Positions 27,624 to 38,264 of a stretch of 64,000 nucleotides of DNA are shown here, in pieces. A program made the translations under genes and the position numbers. This DNA is from a virus. Positions within the stretch are counted from its first letter, which is position 1, and each line of letters begins with the position of its first letter. Where the stretch lies: the IMG/VR virus record IMGVR_UViG_3300017917_001434, positions 1 to 64,000 of that record. One strand, 5' to 3'. The notes below the pieces were generated by a model. The model was not told the DNA's origin. It searched no databases and was given only the letters and a program-made list of their open reading frames with translations.

Positions 27624-28180
27624 TGTTGCAAGAATCTTTAGAAAAGTTTATTGCACCAATCTATGGTAAAACACAGCGCAGTACTGATACTTACAAAACT
27701 GTAGCAGCACACTGTTCTCGTCATATCCAGCGTTTAGTTGAAGAGTATTCACAGGTTGAAAACGATCAACAGTTGTTACGTGAAATACGTAACGACATTG
27801 ACTACTACCTACGTAGATATCACGAGTACTGTATTCAACAGCGTGATGGTATGAAAGCACACTACCACGAAGTTGGTGCCGATGAAGACTGTGACTTTGA
27901 GCATTTGATTCCAGCGGCACGTATTCGTGACCTACTGTTAGCTGATGCTATTACTGTAGAGCAGGCACTCAATGCTCCTACTGTACGTTTGAGTCGCAGT
28001 AAACATCACGCATTAAAAGACGCCGGCTGGGCTAGTAAGACACCAGACATGTGGAGACCATTCCGCCGTTACACTAACGTGTTTACAGCAGAATATCAAA
28101 CACACGATGGTACAGCAATAGACCCTGAAACCTGGACCTTGGAACAGCATTATAATTATTTTAAACATTTGGTTATCTAA
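27623..28180 (+). CDS. Hypothetical protein with HNH-like FEHLIP motif
   Basis: TAATG-coupled to the ParB-like gene; DFEHLIP...KHH. Confidence 0.55.
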   Translation: MLQESLEKFIAPIYGKTQRSTDTYKTVAAHCSRHIQRLVEEYSQVENDQQLLREIRNDIDYYLRRYHEYCIQQRDGMKAHYHEVGADEDCDFEHLIPAARIRDLLLADAITVEQALNAPTVRLSRSKHHALKDAGWASKTPDMWRPFRRYTNVFTAEYQTHDGTAIDPETWTLEQHYNYFKHLVI

Positions 28181-28183
28181 TCG

Positions 28184-28240
28184 TTGACTAAATAATTCTG
28201 CTAGCTTATACTATATTATTGAGTATAGGCTAGCAGTTTT
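28184..28240 (+). promoter_or_regulatory. sigma70 promoter overlapped by a 14-bp inverted repeat upstream of groES
   Basis: TTGACT(28184)-N17-TATACT(28207); TGCTAGCTTATACT-N9-AGTATAGGCTAGCA, then a T-tract. Confidence 0.65.
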
Positions 28241-28295
28241 TCGTGCCTATCGGGCGAAATATAAAAATTTTATTTGCTTAACTAAGGAGTAAAAA

Positions 28296-28589
28296 ATGAA
28301 GTTAAATCCCATACATGACCGTGTGGTCATTCGACGTATCGAAGCCGATACACAATCTGCTGGGGGTATCATAATCCCAGATACAGCCACAGAAAAACCC
28401 GATCAAGGAATCGTCTTAGCAGTAGGACAAGGTCGCCGTACCGAAGATGGTGTACTGGTGCCTATGACTCTTAAAGTTGACGATCGAGTATTGTTTGGCA
28501 AGTTTGCAGGACAACAAGTTAAGATTCAAGGTGAAGAACTACTGATTCTTCGCGAAGAAGATATTTTTGCAGTAATTGAGGAGGTTTAA
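28296..28589 (+). CDS. groES: Co-chaperonin GroES
   Basis: [17 protein letters not shown] mobile loop, [14 protein letters not shown]. Confidence 0.95.
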   Translation: MKLNPIHDRVVIRRIEADTQSAGGIIIPDTATEKPDQGIVLAVGQGRRTEDGVLVPMTLKVDDRVLFGKFAGQQVKIQGEELLILREEDIFAVIEEV

Positions 28590-30215
<1,626 letters not shown>

Positions 30216-30244
30216 TTAACTACGTAGTTAATTCCATATCTTAC

Positions 30245-30274
30245 AATAGCAGGACTAAGTCCTGCTATTTTTTT
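30245..30274 (+). terminator. Rho-independent terminator
   Basis: AATAGCAGGAC-TAA-GTCCTGCTATT plus T-tract. Confidence 0.85.
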
Positions 30275-30317
30275 GGCCTGCATAAATACAATAAAGCTAT
30301 TAGGGAGATATGGAACA

Positions 30318-31232
30318 ATGGCTAACAAAAACTTTGTAGTCCATAATGGACTTACAGTCGGCCTTTTAACAATCGACGCCACAACCGGCGACATCAATAC
30401 CCCAGGTAACGTTAATATATCAGGTAGCGTTGGCGTAAGTCAAATTGCTAAGAATGATAGCAGTATTGCTATCAATGATAGCGGTCTAGGTTCATCTGTC
30501 GTAATTAAAATTGATAACAGTACAGAACACACAGTTGATGCTGATGGTGTAAATCTTGCCTCTGGTAACAGATTTGCTATTGCAGGTGTTGAAGTTTTAA
30601 ATGGAACTGGACTTGGTAGTGCTGTAGTAAACAGCAGTTTGACCACAGTTGGTAATTTAACAGCATTAAGCGTAGCCGGCGATACTAATATATACGGCAA
30701 CCTAACAGTACAAGGGTTAAGTACACTAAATGGTGGTACATTAACCATTGGTGATGCAAACACTGACAATGTTGTATTTGGCGCAGAAATTAACAGTAAT
30801 GTAGTACCAAATACCGATAACGCCTACAGTTTAGGCAGTTCATCTCAAAAATGGGCTAACGTTATTGCAACAAATTTAACTGGCACGTTACAAACTGCAA
30901 GCCAAACAAACATCACTACAGTTGGTAATTTAACAGCATTAAGTGTAGCCGGTAGTGCTACCGTATTTGGTAATTTAACTGTACAAGGATTAAGCACACT
31001 AAACGGTGGTACATTAACCTTAGGTGATGCAAACACTGATAACGTTGTGTTTGGTGCAGATGTTAATAGTAATGTTCGACCAAACACAGATAATACATAC
31101 GGTTTAGGAACTGGTAGTAATCGTTGGGCAGATTTATATTCTGTCAAGGTTACTGCTAACGTGGTTACTATTGCTGGTGCAACAGCGGCCACTACAGATG
31201 ACGCAACAGCTTTAGCAATAGCATTAGGATAA
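30318..31232 (+). CDS. Virion or tail-fibre-related protein with internal duplication at 91-aa spacing
   Basis: TAAATA 30283-30288; G/N/T-rich; two copies of TTVGNLTALSVAG...GDANTDNVVFGA...PNTDN; ends ALAIALG. Confidence 0.75.
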   Translation: MANKNFVVHNGLTVGLLTIDATTGDINTPGNVNISGSVGVSQIAKNDSSIAINDSGLGSSVVIKIDNSTEHTVDADGVNLASGNRFAIAGVEVLNGTGLGSAVVNSSLTTVGNLTALSVAGDTNIYGNLTVQGLSTLNGGTLTIGDANTDNVVFGAEINSNVVPNTDNAYSLGSSSQKWANVIATNLTGTLQTASQTNITTVGNLTALSVAGSATVFGNLTVQGLSTLNGGTLTLGDANTDNVVFGADVNSNVRPNTDNTYGLGTGSNRWADLYSVKVTANVVTIAGATAATTDDATALAIALG

Positions 31233-31236
31233 TTAT

Positions 31237-31569
31237 ATGGCAAATACATTTTATAGAAAGTTAAGTGCAAACGTTGGTACAACATCAGAGGCAGTGGGTA
31301 GTTACACTGTAGGTGCAAGTACTACCACAGTGGTCGTGGGCCTAACAATATGTAACGTATCAGGTAGTACTATTAACGTTGACGTTTCATTGAATAATGG
31401 TTCAACTGATCACTACATTGTTAAAGGCGCTCCAGTCTCTGCTGGCGGTGCGTTGGTTCCAATCGGTGGCGAACAAAAAGTTATTATGACTACAGGTGAC
31501 AGTATCAAAGTAAAAAGTGATAGTGCAACGTCAGCTGATGTTATTTTGAGTATCATGGAGATAACATAA
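31237..31569 (+). CDS. Small virion-associated protein
   Basis: MANTF...ADVILSIMEIT; lies within the structural operon. Confidence 0.65.
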   Translation: MANTFYRKLSANVGTTSEAVGSYTVGASTTTVVVGLTICNVSGSTINVDVSLNNGSTDHYIVKGAPVSAGGALVPIGGEQKVIMTTGDSIKVKSDSATSADVILSIMEIT

Positions 31570-31570
31570 T

Positions 31571-33745
31571 ATGGCATATATTGGTTTACAACCTCAGACT
31601 AAAACGGTTGCTACCAGTACCCAGACACTAACAGGTAATGGCGTTGATCTTGAATACTCGCTTAATCGCGCAGTAAGTAAAGCTGCTGACATTCTTGTAT
31701 TTGTTGGTAATACTGTACAGGTACCCGAAAGCGATTATACAGCATTTGATAATACTCTGTTATTTGCATCAGGTAAAACACCTGCTAACGCCGCAGTAAT
31801 TAGTATTAACTACAAAGCTGGTGCGTTAACCACTACATTTGTATCATCAAACAGCTATCCTGTGGGCACTACAGTTAACCCAAGTATTCGTTCAGTTGAT
31901 GCTGCATCAACTGGTATTTACTTCCCTACTACAACTAGTGTAGGTATAACAGTAGCTGGTAATACTCGTCTTAAAGTAACTAACCAAGTTTCTGCAATTG
32001 ACACAGCATCAGGTGCACTACAGGTAGTTGGTGGCGTTGGTATTAGTGATAACATGGTTGTTGGCGGTCCAGTGGCATTTGTAGACAGTAGCTCTTCAGG
32101 AGACACTACAACTGGGGCACTAACCGTAAACGGTGGTGTTGGTGTAGCAGAAAACTTAAACGTTGGCGGTGACTTAAATGTAGCCGGTGACTTTACAGTT
32201 GCTGGTCAATTTACCACAACAGGCGCAGACAGCTTGGCTGTTAACGACCCGTTCATTTTCTTAGCTAATGCTAACCCAGGCGATAACTTAGATACTGGTT
32301 TTATTTCTAGTTATAACGATGGAAGCGATCAACGTTATACTGGTATTTTCCGCGATATCACAGATGGAAACTATAAATTATTTGATAATCTTTTAACCCA
32401 ACCATCTACTGTAGTTGATACAGCTAACGTAAGTTACAGAGCCGCTAATCTGGTAGTTGGAAACATCATTGCTACTAACTTGTTTGGTACTGTGCAAGGT
32501 GCTACAACTATTACTACAGTGGGTAACTTATCTAGTTTAAGTGTCGCTGGTACAAGTAGTTTATACAATATCACCTACATTTATAGTACACAGGCTGCTA
32601 GTTCCACAACCACTGGCGCACTGCAAGTTAGTGGAGGTGTCGGTATTAGTGGTAATGTGTTTACTGGTGGTATTGTTGATATCTCCAGCACTGCCGCAAG
32701 TACAAGTACATCAACTGGCGCACTGATTGTTGATGGTGGTGCCGGTATTGCTGGTAACTTAAATGTCGGCGATAGATTAATCATCGGCGATACTACTCCT
32801 CTAGCTGGTGTAACTACAACAGGTCAAATTATTACCAGCACTGTCACTGCTGCTACCCCTGTACTAAGCCTAAGAGTATCATCTTCGGCTGGTAATCCAA
32901 TTTTTGGACAATTTACTTCATCCGGCACACCATCGGCGCCTACTATTGTAGCAGACGGCAGGGGTCTTGGGCGTAATAACTGGTACGGCTATGATGGCTC
33001 TAATTATATAATCGCAGCATCTATGATAGTATCTGTTGATGGTACTCCAGGACTTAACGACATGCCCGGTCGTATAACATTCGCTACCACAGCAGATGGC
33101 GCATCTAGTCCTACAGAACGTGTGCGTATTAACAATGCAGGTAACGTAGGTATTGGTAATACAAATCCCCTGCATACCCTATCAGTGGGGGGAGACTTGT
33201 TTGGTGTTAATATAACGTCCACTGCAAACGTTGTAGTAGCTCATCAATTAAGAGTAAATAGCAGTAACTTTGCTACAGCGATAGTCAATAGCGGCACAGC
33301 CGGAGTAGGCAACATTGGTGCTAGCGGTCAAGGATTCAACACTGTATTTGCTCGTGCTACATCAGCACAGTACGCTGACGTTGCTGAGAGATATTTAGCA
33401 GATGCTGACTATGCTCCTGGTACAGTTTTACACTTTGGCGGATCTGCTGAAGTAAGTCAATGTAATGTGGATCACTGCTCACGTATTGCTGGTGTTGTTT
33501 CTACTAATCCAGCTTATATCATGAACGACAGTTTAACCGGTGAGCATGTAGTCGATCTAGCCTTGCTAGGTCGTGTACCTTGTCAAGTGCAAGGTCCAGT
33601 ACGTCGTGGCGACATGATGGTATCGGCAGGCAACGGCCGAGCACGTGCCGAAGCTAATCCACGTTTAGGTGCTGTAATTGGTAAAGCATTACAAGACTTT
33701 GATGGCACAGAAGGTGTTATTGAAGTAGTAGTTGGAAGAGTCTAG
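31571..33745 (+). CDS. Tail fibre-like protein with C-terminal intramolecular chaperone (peptidase G2/IMC-like) domain
   Basis: MAYIG N-terminus, GAL.V.GGVG repeats, YADVAERY...GVVSTNPAY.MN...GRVP...IGKAL...IEVVVGRV. Confidence 0.8.
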   Translation: MAYIGLQPQTKTVATSTQTLTGNGVDLEYSLNRAVSKAADILVFVGNTVQVPESDYTAFDNTLLFASGKTPANAAVISINYKAGALTTTFVSSNSYPVGTTVNPSIRSVDAASTGIYFPTTTSVGITVAGNTRLKVTNQVSAIDTASGALQVVGGVGISDNMVVGGPVAFVDSSSSGDTTTGALTVNGGVGVAENLNVGGDLNVAGDFTVAGQFTTTGADSLAVNDPFIFLANANPGDNLDTGFISSYNDGSDQRYTGIFRDITDGNYKLFDNLLTQPSTVVDTANVSYRAANLVVGNIIATNLFGTVQGATTITTVGNLSSLSVAGTSSLYNITYIYSTQAASSTTTGALQVSGGVGISGNVFTGGIVDISSTAASTSTSTGALIVDGGAGIAGNLNVGDRLIIGDTTPLAGVTTTGQIITSTVTAATPVLSLRVSSSAGNPIFGQFTSSGTPSAPTIVADGRGLGRNNWYGYDGSNYIIAASMIVSVDGTPGLNDMPGRITFATTADGASSPTERVRINNAGNVGIGNTNPLHTLSVGGDLFGVNITSTANVVVAHQLRVNSSNFATAIVNSGTAGVGNIGASGQGFNTVFARATSAQYADVAERYLADADYAPGTVLHFGGSAEVSQCNVDHCSRIAGVVSTNPAYIMNDSLTGEHVVDLALLGRVPCQVQGPVRRGDMMVSAGNGRARAEANPRLGAVIGKALQDFDGTEGVIEVVVGRV

Positions 33746-33753
33746 GAGAACGT

Positions 33754-34158
33754 ATGGCTTATTTAGGTAAATCCCCAGTAGCGGGTAATTTTGTTAAACT
33801 TGATGACATCAGCACGCAGTTTGATGGTAATACTAGCGTGTTTAACACGTTAGTATCAGGAACCGCTTATACTGTAAGCAATCCTTTTGCTACACTGGTA
33901 GTTGCTGGTGGTAATGTTCTAGAACCAGAAGTGGATTACAACTTTAACAATGACACAATCACATTTAGCACAGCACCTACAAGTGCTTGGTTAAATAATT
34001 TTCATGTAATAGCATACGGAGATGTACTAGACACTGGTATTCCTAGTGATGGTACAATTACAAATGCTAAAGTAACTAATGGTACGCTATCGTACAGTAA
34101 ATTCTCAGCAGTTTTGAAGGCAAGACTGTTGGCTAACTCTATTATTTTCGGGGCATAA
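33754..34158 (+). CDS. Virion protein (MAYLG...LDDIS..FDG type)
   Basis: Motif typical of large-phage tail/baseplate accessory proteins. Confidence 0.65.
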   Translation: MAYLGKSPVAGNFVKLDDISTQFDGNTSVFNTLVSGTAYTVSNPFATLVVAGGNVLEPEVDYNFNNDTITFSTAPTSAWLNNFHVIAYGDVLDTGIPSDGTITNAKVTNGTLSYSKFSAVLKARLLANSIIFGA

Positions 34159-34159
34159 A

Positions 34160-37100
34160 ATGGCAAGACAACAACAGAAAGATTATAAATTTACACCTGG
34201 CGGTGCTGGTGTAGGTACTGTTAAGATCCCAGGCAACTATGAGATCGCAGATATTTTAACGATCTTAAATGCTACAGATCAAACATTTATCTATAACTTT
34301 GCTGATCCAGATCTGGGTGCTTCAGTAACATTTAGCAAAGAATACGACAGCGATTTTCCGCAGGCACAGGATGGTGTAACTACAATTACACTGGTGACCA
34401 GCACCAGTTCAATGAATGCCAGCGATAGTCTTGCTATTTACATTGAAACTGAATCGCAATACATTCGTCCTTGGCCGTTTGGCACTGATGCTGTTGAACG
34501 TATGCGTACATCAAATCCACAGTCACTAATTGACGCTGACTTTGAATACGGTTTACAAAATACCAAATGGCAATCATTGTCATTGAACAATGACATTCCA
34601 AGTTTGTACGAATTGCCTGGCAGTGAACTAACTATTAATACTTCAGGATATGCTACATTCATTGGCGCAAATACAATCGCTAGCAATTCAGATACCAGTA
34701 TTGAAGTTACTAACCAGTCCGGAACAGCAACACCAAACTGGGCTACAGATGACTATGCTCTTGTAGTTAACCCATACGTGGCTAATCCTCCACCGACAAC
34801 ATATATTACAGCTAACGTAGTTAACAGTAACCAACGTGCTATTACAGTGGCTAATGCGCAACCATACAGTGCCAATGATGAATTAATTATGGTACAGTTG
34901 CCTGGTACAAATACAACTACAGTGGCCACAGGTATTACCAGTGGTGCTACTACTTCTTTAGTGTTAACTAGTGGAGCTGGCTTTGCTATTGACCAACAAA
35001 TTTTAGTACAGACTAACACTACCAATCTTTGGGAATTGATGACCGTAACTAATGTAGCAACAAATACTCTAACAGTTGTGCGTCGTAGATTAAACACTAA
35101 CAGCGGTAACGTAAACATTGACGCAGGTCGAGGTGTACGTATTGTCAGCAACGTTGAAATTGCTCAGGTCGTTACAGTTGACAGCGCAACACAATTTAGT
35201 TTGAACCGTGGTTGGATGAATACTACCCCAGTTAAAAACATGTTAGCTGGTAGTGTAATACAAAAACTTAACAAAGATCCAGGTACAGCCAGTGGTGCTA
35301 ACGTTGAAATTATTAAACTTACCACAATTGGAACTGGTACTGGTAACTTAGCTACTATTGCTCGTGGACAAGTGGGTACTACCGCAATTAGCGCAGCACC
35401 AGAAGGCAGTCCAATTATTCGTTTAACAGGATTATTCCAAGCAGGCAATAGTGAAGTTCCACTAGTAGGTGCTTATATCACTGACAACGGGCATACAGCC
35501 AATAACTTTATCAGTACAGCACAGCACAATAACAGTAACACTGAAGGTTTATATCAAATTTACCAAGCTGATACAAATTACATATTCTGGTATCCACGTA
35601 GATTGACAGGTCTACAACTTGGTTATCCTCTAAACAAATTTGACACTCAGTTACGTAAAGCAGAAACCTACACTGGTGCACTGATTCCTGTAAGCTCAAT
35701 TAGCAGTGATGGCTTAAATCCAAGCACAATTACAGTTACTACACCTTATGCTCACGGTCTAAGTCCAGGTACACCATTAATTGTTGACATTACCAGTGCA
35801 GCAGGTAACTTAACCTATGGTGAAGGTTCATTTACTACACTAAGTATTCCTTCAACAACAACATTTACATACCAAGCCAAGACTGGACGTCCAGTAACTG
35901 GTAGTATCACTGCTAACGTGTATGTACGTCCAAGTGCGTTCTTTGTACACAGACCGTTTGACGGCGGTGTGTTAATTGGATCAGGAACTCCACACCGTGG
36001 CGCTATGGCAGCACGCCAAAGTAAGAAATACTTCCGTTACCAATCTGGTAAGGGTCTAGTATGGACAAGTGGTACATTATTAAGTACAAACTTTGACGTA
36101 GCTAACGTAAGTGCTACAGGTACAGCAGTAAGTGGTAATACTATTAGCATCACTACAGAAGTTGAACACTATCTACAAATTGGTGCAAACGTAAAATTAA
36201 GCGGTGTGACCACTAGCGGCTACAACGGCTTCTACCGTGTGGCAGGTATTACCGGCGATAGCACATTTACAGTAGGATTAAACGGTACATTAGGTAATGT
36301 TACTCCAGTGCTAGACACACAACCAAAACTTAACCTAATGGGTTGGCACGGTGGTGCTGTACGTGCTGGTATTTTTGATGAACAAAACGGTGCGTTCTGG
36401 GAAAACAACGGTACTAACATTAACGTAGTACTACGTTCAGCAACGTTCCAATTGGCAGGTACATTAAACATGGAAACTGACAGTAACTATGTAACCGGCG
36501 ACGGTAACTGTCGTTTCTTGGAACAATTAAAAATGTACGATCGCATTGTAGTTCGTGGTATGAGTCACACTGTGACCAGTATCATTGATAACAATACAAT
36601 GACTGTGAGTCCGCCATGGCGTGGCATACGTAATCAAACACGTGTTAAAGCAAGTCGTGTTATTGACCGTCGTGTTCCACAGAGTGAATTTAATATTGAT
36701 CGAGTAGATGGCACAGGTCCAAGTGGTTATGTGTTAGATGCAAGTAAGATGCAGATGTTGTTAATTCAGTACACATGGTACGGTGCCGGTTTCGTTGACT
36801 TTGGCCTACGTGGCCCATTGGGCAATTACATTATGTGTCATCGTTTCCAAAACAATAACGTGAACGACGAAGCATACTTCCGCTCAGGTAACTTACCAGT
36901 ACGTTATTCAGCTAACAATGAAGGTCCTACAGCTAAACTAGCTAATGCTATTACTGCCGGTGATACAGTGTTATATGTTGATAATGATAAACAATTCCCG
37001 CAGGCAAACGTAGCCTACCCATTCTATGTACAAGTAGACAACGAAGTTATTAAGGTAAGTGGCCATACTCCTGGTACTAAGCAGTTTACTAACCTAACAC

Positions 37101-38188
37101 GTGCTGCTACCTACACATTGTGGCAAGATGGTTCAAGTAAATCATTTACCATGGGTAATGCCGCAAGTCACAGCGGTAATGTTTCAGTAGCACTGTTAGA
37201 TGCTACGTCAAGCCCAACATTGAACCACTGGGGTTCTGCGGTAATCATGGACGGTGGGTTTGACCAAGACCGTGGTTATGCGTTTACCTATGCACGTAAC
37301 AACATGGCGTTACCAACAGCTGCTGACCAAAAATCTACAGTGTTCTTGATGCGTCTAGCACCAAGTGTAAGTAACACCATCATTGGTGACCTAGGCGACC
37401 GCGATCTAATTAATCGTGCGCAGTTGATTCTAGAAAATATGTTTGTTAACGTAACCGGTGGCCGTTACTTAGTTGAAGGTATTTTGAATCCAACTAACAT
37501 CGATGGTAGAACTATTCAATGGATTGATTTGAATGTAGAAAACACTGGTAACCAACCAAGCTTCACACAGTTTGCTACAGCGTTTAGTTTCAATGCTGGT
37601 CAAACTGGTGGTATAGTTCCGGCAGCACAGGGACAAGCAGGTGGTGTTGACCGCACTGGTACTTCAACTAGTATCTCTGGTTTCCGTTATATTAACTATG
37701 CTAAACTTGGCTCGACTGTTGGTATGATAACCAGTGGTGCTGGTACAGGCGCTAACATCAGTGTTTGGGAACTAAGTACATCCAGTGCTGCTGTTAACCA
37801 AACAACTAGTGCGGTTATTGTACACGAACAAGGGTCGGGATTTGCAGTAGGTGACACTATATTGATTCCAGGTAACCTATGGGCCAACAGTACAACATCT
37901 GGTTCAACATTTGGTAGTAACGCAGCTAACTTTGTGTTATTAACTGTTACCAGTGTTGCATCTGGTGTAGCAGGCGGCGAACGCTTATTTGGTATTCCAG
38001 TAAGTACAACCAACTCAGGCTTCTTAGACTTGACCAAAGTTAAACAGATTGGTACTAGTGCTATTCCAGGTACAGAAGTTTATCCAGATGGTCCAGAAGT
38101 ATTGGCTATTAACGTAACAGCAATTACTCCTACATCGGGTACTCCAACTGGTGACTTCCAAATTACGTTCTCAGAAACACAAGCGTAG
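34160..38188 (+). CDS. Large virion structural protein (1342 aa)
   Basis: R.S.PQSLIDADFEYG, RQSKKYFRYQSGKG, YTWYGAG motifs; T/N/G-rich beta modules. Confidence 0.75.
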   Translation: MARQQQKDYKFTPGGAGVGTVKIPGNYEIADILTILNATDQTFIYNFADPDLGASVTFSKEYDSDFPQAQDGVTTITLVTSTSSMNASDSLAIYIETESQYIRPWPFGTDAVERMRTSNPQSLIDADFEYGLQNTKWQSLSLNNDIPSLYELPGSELTINTSGYATFIGANTIASNSDTSIEVTNQSGTATPNWATDDYALVVNPYVANPPPTTYITANVVNSNQRAITVANAQPYSANDELIMVQLPGTNTTTVATGITSGATTSLVLTSGAGFAIDQQILVQTNTTNLWELMTVTNVATNTLTVVRRRLNTNSGNVNIDAGRGVRIVSNVEIAQVVTVDSATQFSLNRGWMNTTPVKNMLAGSVIQKLNKDPGTASGANVEIIKLTTIGTGTGNLATIARGQVGTTAISAAPEGSPIIRLTGLFQAGNSEVPLVGAYITDNGHTANNFISTAQHNNSNTEGLYQIYQADTNYIFWYPRRLTGLQLGYPLNKFDTQLRKAETYTGALIPVSSISSDGLNPSTITVTTPYAHGLSPGTPLIVDITSAAGNLTYGEGSFTTLSIPSTTTFTYQAKTGRPVTGSITANVYVRPSAFFVHRPFDGGVLIGSGTPHRGAMAARQSKKYFRYQSGKGLVWTSGTLLSTNFDVANVSATGTAVSGNTISITTEVEHYLQIGANVKLSGVTTSGYNGFYRVAGITGDSTFTVGLNGTLGNVTPVLDTQPKLNLMGWHGGAVRAGIFDEQNGAFWENNGTNINVVLRSATFQLAGTLNMETDSNYVTGDGNCRFLEQLKMYDRIVVRGMSHTVTSIIDNNTMTVSPPWRGIRNQTRVKASRVIDRRVPQSEFNIDRVDGTGPSGYVLDASKMQMLLIQYTWYGAGFVDFGLRGPLGNYIMCHRFQNNNVNDEAYFRSGNLPVRYSANNEGPTAKLANAITAGDTVLYVDNDKQFPQANVAYPFYVQVDNEVIKVSGHTPGTKQFTNLTRAATYTLWQDGSSKSFTMGNAASHSGNVSVALLDATSSPTLNHWGSAVIMDGGFDQDRGYAFTYARNNMALPTAADQKSTVFLMRLAPSVSNTIIGDLGDRDLINRAQLILENMFVNVTGGRYLVEGILNPTNIDGRTIQWIDLNVENTGNQPSFTQFATAFSFNAGQTGGIVPAAQGQAGGVDRTGTSTSISGFRYINYAKLGSTVGMITSGAGTGANISVWELSTSSAAVNQTTSAVIVHEQGSGFAVGDTILIPGNLWANSTTSGSTFGSNAANFVLLTVTSVASGVAGGERLFGIPVSTTNSGFLDLTKVKQIGTSAIPGTEVYPDGPEVLAINVTAITPTSGTPTGDFQITFSETQA

Positions 38189-38201
38189 TTGCGGTAATAA
38201 C

Positions 38202-38232
38202 AAAAATAGGACCTCCGGGTCCTATTTTTTTT
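38202..38232 (+). terminator. Rho-independent terminator followed by late TAAATA (38235)
   Basis: AAAAATAGGACC-TCCG-GGTCCTATTTTT. Confidence 0.85.
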
Positions 38233-38264
38233 GCTAAATACTAAAACAGATATGAGCTAAAAAG

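Noticed and set aside
28199-28235. CIRCE element upstream of groES
   Set aside because: The arms do not match TTAGCACTC-N9-GAGTGCTAA; treated as a generic inverted repeat.
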